Shown piece after piece: positions 35,287-45,794 of a stretch of DNA of 63,111 nt. Both the position numbers and the translations under genes were made by a program. Position 1 is the stretch's first letter. Each line of letters starts with the position of its first letter. The stretch spans positions 1 to 63,111 of the forward strand of contig JAMDCU010000158.1 of NCBI GenBank assembly GCA_023489485.1, in the 5' to 3' direction. The notes under the pieces were generated by a model, which had not been told where the DNA came from, searched no databases, and saw only the letters and a program-made list of their open reading frames with translations. The stretch comes from Chloroflexota bacterium. Lineage in GTDB: Bacteria > Chloroflexota > Anaerolineae > UBA4142.

Positions 35287-37329
35287 CTATGGCTTCAAGG
35301 ATCTCGGGGTCGGCGATGGAATGGGCGTCGAGGTGACGATGACGACATAAGGCGTCGCCGTGACATAGACGGTAATGGGCGTCGCAGTCGGCAGCTCGGG
35401 CGTTGGAGTGATTGGCTCGTTAGAGTACTCTTTCAAGTCGAGGGTAACGGCGATGGACCCGAGGTCGACTTGCATCCTGACCATCCCGATCCCCTTTGCA
35501 TACCAACCCGCGACCTGCATCCGCCACTGCGGTACCTCGATGTCATAGCGCGCGTGAATCGTGTCGAACGTGCCGGCCCCAACTGTGATTCTCTCCTGCC
35601 CGATCACCTCCGATGTGGCCTTGCCTTGACTGCCGCTCAGGGTGATGGGCCGGGACCATTGAAAGGTCGATTTCGGATCAAGCCCAAGAAGAGGTACGAC
35701 CGGCGCGAGAAACACGGGCGCCGGGTTGGTCGGCCGGTTGCCCACGGTGATCGGGGAATAGGAAGCAAGCGCAAGACTGGAATTTACGTCGGACATGGTA
35801 TAGTTATTTTGCCACCAGACGCTCTCCGGTATCGAGAACTCGACCGGGTAGGTCGTCGTGCCGCTTATGTTCTCCGGCGGCATGACTTTGACCGTCAGGT
35901 CTCCCGGCAACAAAGGTCCGGAGTAAACCCAGCGGTTTCCCGGCGCCAAAGGAAGATAGTCCTGCCTGCCCGTCGTCGGCAGCGTGGGACGCGAGCTCAC
36001 AAGTATGGACCCCGGCCCGGTTGCGTTGCCCGAGAGCGTAGATGACGTGAGCGGAGGGTGCGGGGTCGAAGCAGAGTCTGCCAACCCCGGATTTGTCAAC
36101 GCCGATTGGACAGCTTGGGGCACCCCCGGCGTACTCAGCCCGGGTCCTGACATTCGTGCCAATAGGCTCGGCCCGAGAAGAAATAGAAGGAACAGCACAA
36201 TCAGTCCAGCAGCGGCAGCTAACCCAATCAGCGGATTCACCCGTCTTATGATCGAGGCGGCTACCTTTGTCAGGCGCTCAATCTGCTGTCGCCGCCGAGC
36301 CGCTTCAGCCTGTTTTCTGCGCTCTGCTTCTTCGCGGGCTTGTGCGCGCCGTTCTTGTTCTTCACGCACGCGTCGCGCGCGCTCCTCAGCCTGCTCGCGG
36401 CGGGCCTGTTCCTGGGCGAGCCGCCGCGCTTGCTTCTCGGCCTCTATTTGGGCCCGCCGACGTGCCTCCTCTTCCTGCAACCGACGCTTTTCGGCTTCCC
36501 GGGCAGATACATCTGCGGCGGCGAGCGCATCGCGCAGTGCGGTGGCTGTGGGGTAGCGCTCGGCCGGCGATTTGGTTAGCGCTCGCTCCAAGACCGGCTG
36601 AATCTCCCGAGGAAGATCCGGACGGGAGTCTAGAATCCTGGGAGTGGGAGCCATCAAGTGCTGACGCATCACCGCGGCCGGTGTGTCGGCATCGAACGGC
36701 GTGCGCCCGACGAGCATCTCATAGACGACACATCCGAGAGCGTAAATGTCCGTCTGCGCCGTCGCCTCCTGGCCCTCCCACACCTCGGGCGCAATATAGG
36801 CCGGGGTTCCGATGAGCGCGCCGGCGGATGAAAGACCTCCTGACGACTCGGCTGCTTTGACGAGGCCAAAATCCGTAATGGTCACATAATCGTCCGGTCC
36901 AAGAAGAATGTTGCTTGGCTTGATATCTCGGTGGACGAGACCCCGACCGTGGGCATAGTCGAGCCCGTCCGCAATCTGGGCGACAATGCGAAGGACCCGG
37001 TCGAATGGCAGCGCTCCTGCCTGCCCGATGAGGTGCTTGAGATCGCTGCCGGCGATGAACTTTTCCGCGATATAGTGTGCGCCTTGCCATTCGCTGATCT
37101 CGTAGATCGTCACGATGTGCGGATGGTCCAAACCCGCGGCTGACTTGGCTTCCCGCTGGAGGCGGGCGACCAGCACCGGGTCGGCGAAGATGCCGGAATG
37201 GAGCACCTTGAGCGCGACAACGCGGTCGAGGGTTGTATCGAGCACCTCATAGACAACCGCGTTCGCACCCCGCCCGATCTCGCGATGGATCTTGTACTTG
37301 CCAAATGCCTCCGATAGACCTTGCGGCAT
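35287..37329 (-). CDS. STK5: Ser/Thr kinase, coiled coil, TM helix, uncharacterised extracellular beta-rich domain
   Basis: GRGANAVVYE, HRDIKPSN, DFGL. E/R/A coiled coil. TM segment LIGLAAAAGLIVLFLLFLLGPSLL. ~230-aa C-terminal domain that I could not assign. Confidence 0.9.
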   Translation of the reverse strand: MPQGLSEAFGKYKIHREIGRGANAVVYEVLDTTLDRVVALKVLHSGIFADPVLVARLQREAKSAAGLDHPHIVTIYEISEWQGAHYIAEKFIAGSDLKHLIGQAGALPFDRVLRIVAQIADGLDYAHGRGLVHRDIKPSNILLGPDDYVTITDFGLVKAAESSGGLSSAGALIGTPAYIAPEVWEGQEATAQTDIYALGCVVYEMLVGRTPFDADTPAAVMRQHLMAPTPRILDSRPDLPREIQPVLERALTKSPAERYPTATALRDALAAADVSAREAEKRRLQEEEARRRAQIEAEKQARRLAQEQARREQAEERARRVREEQERRAQAREEAERRKQAEAARRRQQIERLTKVAASIIRRVNPLIGLAAAAGLIVLFLLFLLGPSLLARMSGPGLSTPGVPQAVQSALTNPGLADSASTPHPPLTSSTLSGNATGPGSILVSSRPTLPTTGRQDYLPLAPGNRWVYSGPLLPGDLTVKVMPPENISGTTTYPVEFSIPESVWWQNNYTMSDVNSSLALASYSPITVGNRPTNPAPVFLAPVVPLLGLDPKSTFQWSRPITLSGSQGKATSEVIGQERITVGAGTFDTIHARYDIEVPQWRMQVAGWYAKGIGMVRMQVDLGSIAVTLDLKEYSNEPITPTPELPTATPITVYVTATPYVVIVTSTPIPSPTPRSLKP

Positions 37330-37357
37330 ACAGTTTCCCCCAGACCCGTTCAGATCA

Positions 37358-39221
37358 CTACTCGCAGTCCCAGAAGCTCGCGCCCTTGCACACCGGCGAA
37401 TCCGTCACCTTCCAGGGCCAATACCGCTCGTCGTAGACTTGGATTTTGCCCAGTTGCTCGAGCGGCACACGGCGAGTGCCGTCCACTTCTAAGGCGGATA
37501 GTGCGTGGTTCATTGACGAGTACGCAATGACCCATTTTCCGCCCGTGGACCAGAATCTTGGAACGTCTCCTATGTCGCTCCCGCTTATGCGAGTGAGACC
37601 ACTTCCATCAACGTTCATAAGAAATGTACCGAAGTCATTCTTAAACATATCGTAGACCGCAATCTTGCTCCCGTCCGGTGACCAAACCGCGTCAGAGACG
37701 TACCCATCAGACGGGCCTCGACTTGTAACGACAGTGCTATTACTCCCGCCCTCATCCATCAATAGGAGTTGGTTTCCGAAACCCCCGTGTCGGCGGAAGA
37801 TAGTCCCCACGCGACGGAAACCAGCACTTCAGATCCATTTCGCGACCAGACTGCAGATGCAATCTTCCTGTTCCGAGGCGGCGCAAAGATTTGCAACCGA
37901 GTTTGCTTGCCCAAGTCAAAGATGCTTAGAAGATTACTCGCGGCCGTTCCTGCGGCGTCATTCCTCTCTATTCTCTTCTGCGGCCCCGGCGGCGTTGCCG
38001 TCGAGGTCGGCGGTGGAATCGGCATGGCGGTCACGACCACCACCCGCGGCGTCCATGTCGGGATGGAAGTAGCCGTGTGCACGGCCCCGTTGGCGCTACG
38101 GTAGGCGGCACAATGGAGGCGCTTGTTGTCACCGGGGTCGAAGCTGAAGTAGACACGACTGGGATCCCTGCGACCGTTTCCGAGGACACTGGAAGCGCCG
38201 AGGGCGTTGCCTCGGTGATTCCTGCCATCTGCCTGCTTGGAGGAGCGAACAAGCCCGCTGCAGCGAACACCACGGAAAGAATCAAGAATACCGCCGCAAT
38301 GCCTGCTACCACGAGCGCCCAGGTCTTTTTCTTCGGCCGGGCAGGCGGTTTGGCTTCTGGCTTGGGAGTCTCTATGGGGGGCGGCGGGTCGATGAGACGC
38401 GGAACAGACGCCAGTTGCAGGGCGAGAGCGAATGCTGCTGCAAACTCGCCAGCGCGGGCATAGCGTTCGCTCGGCTCCTTGGCGAGCGCTTTCAGCACTG
38501 CCTGCATGACACCATCGGGCAGACCGGTCATGGGACGAACCGGCATTACGGGGTGTCGCCACATGACGGCTGCCGGAGTCTCAGCATCGAACGGCACCCG
38601 TCCAGTGAGCAGTTCGCATACGACCACGCCCAACGCGTAAATATCTGTTTGCGCGCTCGCTTGCCGTCCCTCCCATACTTCCGGGGCAATGTATGCGGGA
38701 GTTCCGATGATGGCGCCCGAGGACAGGCTTGCGGAGGATTCGGTTGCCTTAACAAGGCCGAAATCTGTTACGGTGGCCGCATCATCCGCACCTAGAATGA
38801 TGTTGCTCGGCTTGATGTCTCTATGGATGAATCCTCGGGCATGAGCATAATCCAATCCATCGGCAACTTGGCGCACAATGGCGATAACACGGCTTGGAGG
38901 GATAGCCCCTTCCTCTTTGATCACCTGTCTGAGATCGCGGCCTGGGATGTACTTCATGGCGATATAGTGGGCGCCCTGCCACTCGCCAATCTCGTAAATG
39001 GTGACAATGTGCTGATGATCGAGTTTAGCCGCCGCTTTCGCTTCCTGCTCAAAGCGCGAGACAAGTACCGGGTCAGAATAGATGCCGGCGTGCAAGACCT
39101 TGAGCGCAACAACACGATCGAGCGTCGTGTCCAGGGCCTCGTAGACGACGGCATTCGCGCCGCGGCCAATCTCTCGGCGAATCTTGTACTTGCCAAGCAT
39201 CTCGGGCAGAGGTTGCGTCAT
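37358..39221 (-). pseudogene. STK6: Ser/Thr kinase, TM helix, TolB/PD40-like beta-propeller; split by two frameshifts
   Basis: The kinase ORF 38031-39221 (GRGANAVVYE, HRDIKPSN, DFGL; TM WALVVAGIAAVFLILSVVFAAAGLF) continues in a second frame (..IPPPTSTATPPGP..IASAVWSRNGSEVLVS, to about 37760). It then continues in a third frame (37358-37810: ..AVWSPDGSKIAVYD..LMNVDGSG). Shifts are near 38060-38100 and 37780-37810. Confidence 0.7.
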
Positions 39222-39312
39222 TGCCGGCCTCCGTTCAACCCCGGTCAGGACTAGAATGTTGTTCTAACTCGAATTTAGGGCAAGATGAATCGCGGGCTCA
39301 GCCAGCTCGTAA

Positions 39313-41892
39313 TTACGAGCTTCCCTTCGCGCCTTTGGCCGCCGTCTGATTCACCGGTGTCTTGCAGTTGGGGCAGAACTGATACCCGCGCTCGATTGGC
39401 TCGCCGCAATTGGGACAGGTCTCTTTCTTGCCCGTACCGCGCTTGTCTCCAAAGGATGCGTAGCCGACGTCGCCCGTCTTGGTCCCTTCGACATAGTCGC
39501 CTGTAACTTTTCTGGCTCCACTGCTCATAAAGTCGCCGCCGACATTAATGACCTCGATGCTCTTTTCTGCAGGCGGCGGCTGAACGGGGACGAAAATGGT
39601 CTGCGTCTCTTTGAAGGGGCGCCCATCCTTTGCTTGAAATTCGGCGAGGATGGTCAGGCGGACGCGCGGACCGCGATCCTGAGGGCGTACGTCGAGCATC
39701 ACGACTTCCGAGCCATCCGCTTTGATGCCGTCAAGGGTAGTGGTGCACGGGCTTGCAGATACAAAGAGGCCGCCAATGCTCAAACATACCTGGCGAGCAG
39801 GTCCAAAACCGGTGTTGCGTACGAGCACCGTAATGGTGTTGGATTCACCCTGCCGATACAATTCCTGGTCCGCGTTCACCGCGAGGACAATTTCGGGCCA
39901 TTGGCGATGCTGCCGGACGTGCCTTTCGCAGTTCTTCTGCCGGTCGGTTTCGAGCGCTTCGTGGTAGGCTTGGGCGGCTTTTTCGTAGAGGGCAGCAATC
40001 TTTTCAGAATCGCCGGATCCGGTTGTTTCAAGGTCGAGCGCCGCGCGTTCGACGGCGCGGCCAATTCCTCCGGAATCGCCCAGCCGCTGACAGATGTCTG
40101 CGACTTCCAACCACAATCTTGTTTCTTCGGCAAGCTCCCGAGCTCTAAGAAGCAATTCCTTCGAGTTCTGCTGTTTGTACAGACCGATTGCCCTCGTCAG
40201 ACTGTCCTGCCCACCTGCCTGAACATAGAGCTCGGCGGCTTTGATCGGATCCTTTGATCGCAATAAGTCGGCGGCTTCACGGTACCGTTTCTGCTTCTCG
40301 AGCGCCTGCGCTTTGCGGTCATCTCCCAATTGGCCGGCTACCCGCAGCGCGGCCGCAGAGTCGCCTGCACATTCGTATAGATCATAGGCCTTGGCAAACT
40401 GGCCGGCCTTTTCGAACATCGCCCCAGCTCTCGCAAAGAGGGGCAGAGCTTGACTCGCTTGTCCCGCTACTTGACATTCAGTAGCCAGGCTTTCATAAAT
40501 GGGCGCGGCCTCGGCAAAACGTCCCGCGTGTTCGAGAAGTTCAGCGGCGCGGCGCGGCTGCTTTAGCTCGCGCCAGATCGTGAGGGCCGAATCCAGCTCC
40601 CCCGCCCGCTCATGATTGACCGCCGCGGGCTCTGGCTCGTGTGCCTCTTCATAAAGAGCGGCCGCCTCGTGCCAGCCATTCAAGGACTCGTAGAGACTGG
40701 CGGCTTTCGAGAAATTGCCTCGCAGAGCATAGGCCGCGGCCGCCTTTTCGATTTCGCCGCGTGCCTCATAGCTCTCCGCCGATATTTCTTGCGGCTTGCG
40801 ACGCCATTGCACAGCCGAGATATGACCGTCCCGAGCGGCCACATAAATGGCGTCTCCCTGCTGTGCGAGAGAGGTGCTGATTTTGGATCCGGCATCGAAG
40901 GACCAGAGCAGCTCAAAGCTTTTTGTGTCATACGCGTACAGGTGATGGTCATCCGAACCCACGAGGATCATGTTTTCCAGCATCAAAGGGGCGCCATTCA
41001 CTCGGCCGACCTTGATCCGCTGGAGAAGCTTGCCCGTGGCGCGCTCAAGAATGTACAGGTTCTTGTCCCGGGAGCCCACACACACGATTTCCGGGTTGAC
41101 AGCAGGCGGGGAGATCAAATACTTGTCCGCCTGAAACTTCCAAATTAACTTGCCTGTATTGGCCTCGAGCGCATAGAGGTGGCTGTCCCACGAAGAGAGA
41201 TAAAGCACATTGTCCAGAATCGCCGGCGTGTTCCGCACCCACCCCTGCGCTGCAAAAGACCAGCATTCGTCCCCATTCCCCGCATCGACCGCGATGAGTT
41301 CATTGCCCCGTGCCGGGACAAAGATGTGCGATGCGGTTGCCAGAGGCGCCGCGGGCGACCAGGCGCTGCGGGTGGCCTTGTGCCACTTTTCCTTGCCGCT
41401 GATGGCGTCTACGGCATACAGCACCTTACCGCTGGAGACGGCAAAGACGGTCGCCCCGGAGACGGCCGGCGCCGAGACATTCATCGCTTGCGTATCGAAG
41501 CGCCACAGCTCCTTACCGGTGTGCGCGTCCACCGCGACGAGGCACTTGTCGTAGGGACCGATTTCGCGCGCGGTCATCTCACCGTAAAACACACGGTCCG
41601 ACCACGCGGCGAAGGATTCGCTCGGATAGCCGTCCTGCAGAGTGATCGTCCAAATGGCAGCCTGCGTCTGGAGATCAACGGCGAAGAGGTCTCCATTCTC
41701 TGCGCCGAAGAAGAGAGAGCTTCCAGAGATCATCGGAGCCGAATGGATTTTAGCTTCGGCGTTGTAGCGCCACAGTTCCTTGCCTTCGCCGGAGAAGCTG
41801 ATCTTGGTTCTCTCCCATTTGCACTTGGGACATTGCGACATGGCAAGGATAAGAGATTTGCATTGCGGGCAAAAGATGTCTTGTGGGTACAT
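39313..41892 (-). CDS. Zinc ribbon, PQQ/BamB-like beta-propeller, TPR-like helical repeats, beta-sandwich, zinc ribbon
   Basis: N-terminal CPQCKS..CPKCKWE. Seven or eight blades share A.D..TG...W.F. An Ala-rich helical repeat region follows, then a C-terminal beta domain, ending CPNCGEP..CPNCKTP. No TM segment seen. Confidence 0.7.
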   Translation of the reverse strand: MYPQDIFCPQCKSLILAMSQCPKCKWERTKISFSGEGKELWRYNAEAKIHSAPMISGSSLFFGAENGDLFAVDLQTQAAIWTITLQDGYPSESFAAWSDRVFYGEMTAREIGPYDKCLVAVDAHTGKELWRFDTQAMNVSAPAVSGATVFAVSSGKVLYAVDAISGKEKWHKATRSAWSPAAPLATASHIFVPARGNELIAVDAGNGDECWSFAAQGWVRNTPAILDNVLYLSSWDSHLYALEANTGKLIWKFQADKYLISPPAVNPEIVCVGSRDKNLYILERATGKLLQRIKVGRVNGAPLMLENMILVGSDDHHLYAYDTKSFELLWSFDAGSKISTSLAQQGDAIYVAARDGHISAVQWRRKPQEISAESYEARGEIEKAAAAYALRGNFSKAASLYESLNGWHEAAALYEEAHEPEPAAVNHERAGELDSALTIWRELKQPRRAAELLEHAGRFAEAAPIYESLATECQVAGQASQALPLFARAGAMFEKAGQFAKAYDLYECAGDSAAALRVAGQLGDDRKAQALEKQKRYREAADLLRSKDPIKAAELYVQAGGQDSLTRAIGLYKQQNSKELLLRARELAEETRLWLEVADICQRLGDSGGIGRAVERAALDLETTGSGDSEKIAALYEKAAQAYHEALETDRQKNCERHVRQHRQWPEIVLAVNADQELYRQGESNTITVLVRNTGFGPARQVCLSIGGLFVSASPCTTTLDGIKADGSEVVMLDVRPQDRGPRVRLTILAEFQAKDGRPFKETQTIFVPVQPPPAEKSIEVINVGGDFMSSGARKVTGDYVEGTKTGDVGYASFGDKRGTGKKETCPNCGEPIERGYQFCPNCKTPVNQTAAKGAKGSS

Positions 41893-42019
41893 GTAAGCTC
41901 CAGCGCTGTGAATGAAAATCAGCCGAGTATCAGCGCCTCTTTATGATTTGGCTGCTCTCGCCAGTCGGGAGCACGATATAGCCTTCTTGAGCAGAAAGAT
42001 GCGGATTGGAAGGGAATCA

Positions 42020-44578
42020 CTATGGTCTGTAATCGGGCCCACCGGGCGCCCAGACTGGAGTGTACGATATCCAACCCTTGGAAAAGTCATCCGCCGTCTC
42101 CTGGTAAATAGCTATCTTGGGGTCGGCGCAGTCGCCGTTCGGATCGCAGGTCAGGTTACCCGTGATGCCTTTGAAATCTTTCGTCGCAGCAATCGCATCC
42201 CGCAGCGCTTGCTTCTGAACGTGCAGCGTGCCATCCGCATCCTTGGCGACCACACCCGGTTTCTGGAGGGCAGCGAGGACGATATTCATCGCGTCGTACG
42301 AATGGGCATGGAACGGGGCGAGCACGCCCGGGACATTGTATGTCTTCTTGTACTTGTCGACGAGCGTCTGATAGCCACTGCCGAAAGCGGCAAAGTTCGG
42401 GCTGGACCAGAACATGCCGATGATATTCTTGCCACAGCTCCTCACCACGTCGGGCGAGAACGTGCCATCGGAGCTTAGCATGACGACCTTTTCCAGATTA
42501 GGCACATCCCGGATTTGTGAACAGATGAAGCTGCCCTCACTCATAAAGATGGGGAAGTAGATGATCTGAGGTTTATTCGCCGCGATGCGGGTCAGAACCG
42601 GCTTCATGTCCTTGTCGCCGACATTCACGGCTTCCTGGTTCGTGACCTTGCCGCCGGCTTTCTGGAAGTTGTCGACAAAGGCGTTGACGAGACTCTGGGC
42701 ATAGATGCTGCCATCATGAATCGTGGCTGCTGAGGTGAACTTCAATTGGGTGGCGACGAACTGAGCCGCAACCGCGCCCTGGACCTTGTCGTTGGGGGCC
42801 GTGCGGAAATAGCCCGCCACGTGCTGGGCCGGGTCGGTTAGGGCAGGGGAGGTGTTCGCGGGAGAAATCATGCTCAGCCCTTGCTGCTGCATGAGGATCG
42901 GAATCGAGGCAGCCGCAGCGCTGGAGCAGTCGGTGCCGATCACCGCGACGACGGTCTTGTCCGCGGCGATCTTGGTGGCTGCCGCCTGCCCACCTTCGGC
43001 GCTGCACCCTTCATCCTGGCCGTCGAACTTGATAGTGTGGCCGAGAACTTTGCCGCCCGCATCGTCAATCGCCAACTCGGCGCCGTACTTGGTATCGAGA
43101 CCGAACGTCGAGTTGTCGCCGGACGTCACGAATTCATAGGCGATGTGAATTGGATCATTGGGCCCGATATCCACGCAGCCCAGTTTGTCCGAGCAGGTGA
43201 ATTTGCCACCGGCAACGGGAGCCGTTGTGGCGGCAGGTGCGGCCGCGGCGACCGGCTTTCCGCTCGAAAGTGCTGTGGTCGGCGGCACAGCAGTCGGCAC
43301 TGCCGTGGGCTCCATTCTGCCCGCACCTGCAAAAGCAGTGGAGGTACTGACAATTGCCGCGGTAACTGTAGGTGCCGCGGTTGGCACCTGCGAAGGGCCA
43401 GTACCCGTTGGTCGTAGGGCCATTGAGATTACAGCGATACCCAGGCACACAAAGATCGATAGCAGCGCCCCAATTCCTAATAGGCTCTTCCCCCCTCCAC
43501 CGTCGGAACCCTTTGAACCTTGGGCGCTCTGTCGTTTCCGCTCTACCTCTTGCTGCCGGGCTTTTTCAGCCGCCTCGGCCTGTGCGCGGCGCTCCGCCTC
43601 CATTCTAGCCTGACGATCGGTCGCTTCTCGTTGCTCCTGCTGCTGCCGCTCAAATTCCGCCCGCTCCCTTGCCTCGCGTTCGGCTTGTTCCTTTACCTCG
43701 CGTTCACTGCGGGCTTGGCCCTCCATTCCAGTGCGGAGAGCTCTGGCCGCTGCTTCCATGGTCACATACCGCTTTTCGGGATTATTGGCATCCGCCGCTC
43801 TCACCCCCGGCGCCTCGCACAGCATGCGCATGACGATGGTATCCAACCACTCGGGCACCTCGGGGCGCAAATCTCGAACACGGTTCACCTTGTGCCGCAC
43901 CTGCTTCCACACCTTGCCTGTGAGCATCTCAAAGGCCACACAACCTAATGAGTACACATCTGAGGTTGGACTGAGCGGTTCCCAGCTATTGTGCTCCGGA
44001 GAGCGGTAGTCAGGAGTGCCTGGGTGCATGCCTGCCACACTTCCGAGCTCCGACCGCATGCTCGACTGGCCTCCGCCAACCTGTGCGAGACCCAGGTCGG
44101 CAATCTTCGCCGTCCCCTCCTTGTCCAGCAGGATATTGGAGGGTTTCACATCGCGGTGAATTACGATAAGCTTCTCGTGCAGGGCTTCCAGGCCAGCCGC
44201 GCAATCCAGGAGAATCTCGAGCGCCCGCTCAATGGGGAGGGGAGCAGATTTCTTGAGCAGGTCGGCCACGCTTCCGCCGGGAGCATATTCTAGAACGGCA
44301 TAGAGTGCTTCTGACTCTTCTACCAGGTCGTGCACCTTAATCACGTGCGGATCATCTATCTGGGCGGCGATCTGGAACTCGGTCTTGTAGCGCTCGCGAT
44401 AGTCTTTGTACACCGTGCTCCCAACGCCCGGTGCATCCGCTCGCAGCACCTTGATCGCGCGGAGCACGTTCAGTCCCAGGTGCCGCGCAGAATACACCTG
44501 CGCAAACGCGCCTCGTCCAATGAGCGCCTCAATGCGGTACTTGCCGTTCAGGATCAGGTCTCCCGGTTGAAGTGTCAT
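42020..44578 (-). CDS. STK7: Ser/Thr kinase, coiled coil, TM helix, type-1 periplasmic binding domain (LivK/branched-chain amino-acid-binding-like)
   Basis: [23 protein letters not shown] segment LLGIGALLSIFVCLGIAVISMAL. C-terminal ~380 aa resembles Peripla_BP_6 (..IHIAYEFVTSGDNS..YGAELAIDDAGGKVLGHTI..VVAVIGTDCSSAA..). Confidence 0.9.
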   Translation of the reverse strand: MTLQPGDLILNGKYRIEALIGRGAFAQVYSARHLGLNVLRAIKVLRADAPGVGSTVYKDYRERYKTEFQIAAQIDDPHVIKVHDLVEESEALYAVLEYAPGGSVADLLKKSAPLPIERALEILLDCAAGLEALHEKLIVIHRDVKPSNILLDKEGTAKIADLGLAQVGGGQSSMRSELGSVAGMHPGTPDYRSPEHNSWEPLSPTSDVYSLGCVAFEMLTGKVWKQVRHKVNRVRDLRPEVPEWLDTIVMRMLCEAPGVRAADANNPEKRYVTMEAAARALRTGMEGQARSEREVKEQAEREARERAEFERQQQEQREATDRQARMEAERRAQAEAAEKARQQEVERKRQSAQGSKGSDGGGGKSLLGIGALLSIFVCLGIAVISMALRPTGTGPSQVPTAAPTVTAAIVSTSTAFAGAGRMEPTAVPTAVPPTTALSSGKPVAAAAPAATTAPVAGGKFTCSDKLGCVDIGPNDPIHIAYEFVTSGDNSTFGLDTKYGAELAIDDAGGKVLGHTIKFDGQDEGCSAEGGQAAATKIAADKTVVAVIGTDCSSAAAASIPILMQQQGLSMISPANTSPALTDPAQHVAGYFRTAPNDKVQGAVAAQFVATQLKFTSAATIHDGSIYAQSLVNAFVDNFQKAGGKVTNQEAVNVGDKDMKPVLTRIAANKPQIIYFPIFMSEGSFICSQIRDVPNLEKVVMLSSDGTFSPDVVRSCGKNIIGMFWSSPNFAAFGSGYQTLVDKYKKTYNVPGVLAPFHAHSYDAMNIVLAALQKPGVVAKDADGTLHVQKQALRDAIAATKDFKGITGNLTCDPNGDCADPKIAIYQETADDFSKGWISYTPVWAPGGPDYRP

Positions 44579-44611
44579 AGACGATCCCAGCCTCCTGTGT
44601 CTCGGTAACGC

Positions 44612-45706
44612 CTACTGAAATGAGAAGCTTTCAAATTTGGCCAGGTCCTTTTTCGACACGGACGGTTTGACCTGATTGATCACCGTTAGGAAATCGCGCA
44701 TCTCCACGCATCGCTCTTGTCCCGTTTTAACCGCCTCGATGAATGGAATAGCGCTTGCCTTGTCACAGATATTGCGAATATCGGCACCACTGTAACCCTC
44801 GAGCATCTCTGCGATTTCGTCGAGCTTCATCTCGGGTGCCAGCGGTTTGCCCTTCAGGTTCAGTTCGAGCATCCGTTTGCGGGCCGCCGAATCAGGAAGC
44901 GGAATATACATCTTGTCGTCAAACCGTCCGGGGCGGAGCACGGCCGGATCAAGCGACCACGGCTCGTTCGTCGCGCCGATGAAAAGCAACGTCCCCTTCT
45001 TCTGCTCGAACCCCTCTAGCTCCATCAAAATCTGTGGGACGACACGCTGCATCACCGTCGAGCCGCTCTCGCGGCGCTTGGGGACGAGCGATTCCACTTC
45101 GTCAATGAAAATGACGGCGCGTGGGTAGCTGTGGGCAGCATTAAACAGCTTTTGCACGTTCTGCTCCGCCTCGCCGACCCACTTGCTCATGATTTCGGAA
45201 GGCTTGACTGAAAAGAAGGCGGCATCCAGTTCGCCTGCGATCGCCCGGGCAATCAACGTCTTGCCAGTGCCCGGCGGCCCGTAGAGCAAAATGCCGCCGC
45301 CTGTACGGATGCCAAAGCGCTTGGCTTCATCAGGATGGGTGAATGGATAGATCATGCGCAGGCGAATCTGCTCCTTCACCTCATCGAGGCCGGCTACATC
45401 TTCGAAGCGGACGTTGGGACGTTCTGCAATGAGCCATCCCGATTCAGTCCCAGATTCCGGGGCCGCTTCGGTTTTCTGAACGGGTGCAGGGAGCCTGACC
45501 TTTTCCAGGGTGCGTGCGCGTTCGATAAGCTCTTCAGCTTGACGGATTCGCTGCTCACGCACCTCGCCGCGGGTCTGCTGGGCGGCCTTGAACAGCATCT
45601 CGGCCGCTTTTAGATACTGAAAGCGCGCCTGCTCGAATAGCCCCTTGCTCTGTAGGTCAACCCCTTTCTCAAGGTGCTCGGCGGCTTGGTTTCGGAAAAA
45701 GTCCAT
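44612..45706 (-). CDS. MIT-like domain + AAA ATPase (Vps4/katanin-clade-like), copy 1
   Basis: N-terminal three-helix MIT-like region (..GLFEQARFQYLKAAEMLFKAAQ..QRIRQAEELIERARTLE). Walker A LLYGPPGTGKTL, Walker B VIFIDEVESL. Single AAA module, 364 aa. Confidence 0.8.
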   Translation of the reverse strand: MDFFRNQAAEHLEKGVDLQSKGLFEQARFQYLKAAEMLFKAAQQTRGEVREQRIRQAEELIERARTLEKVRLPAPVQKTEAAPESGTESGWLIAERPNVRFEDVAGLDEVKEQIRLRMIYPFTHPDEAKRFGIRTGGGILLYGPPGTGKTLIARAIAGELDAAFFSVKPSEIMSKWVGEAEQNVQKLFNAAHSYPRAVIFIDEVESLVPKRRESGSTVMQRVVPQILMELEGFEQKKGTLLFIGATNEPWSLDPAVLRPGRFDDKMYIPLPDSAARKRMLELNLKGKPLAPEMKLDEIAEMLEGYSGADIRNICDKASAIPFIEAVKTGQERCVEMRDFLTVINQVKPSVSKKDLAKFESFSFQ

Positions 45707-45794
45707 GGCAGATTTCCTCTACGCGATTCCTTAATCAGCGAACGAGCATAAGGTTAGTCACTTTTTGACCGCGATTCACGATGGCAAGGAGCAT

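Noticed and set aside
35221-36045. 274-aa + strand ORF
   Set aside because: Arg/Gly-rich shadow ORF opposite the STK5 ectodomain.
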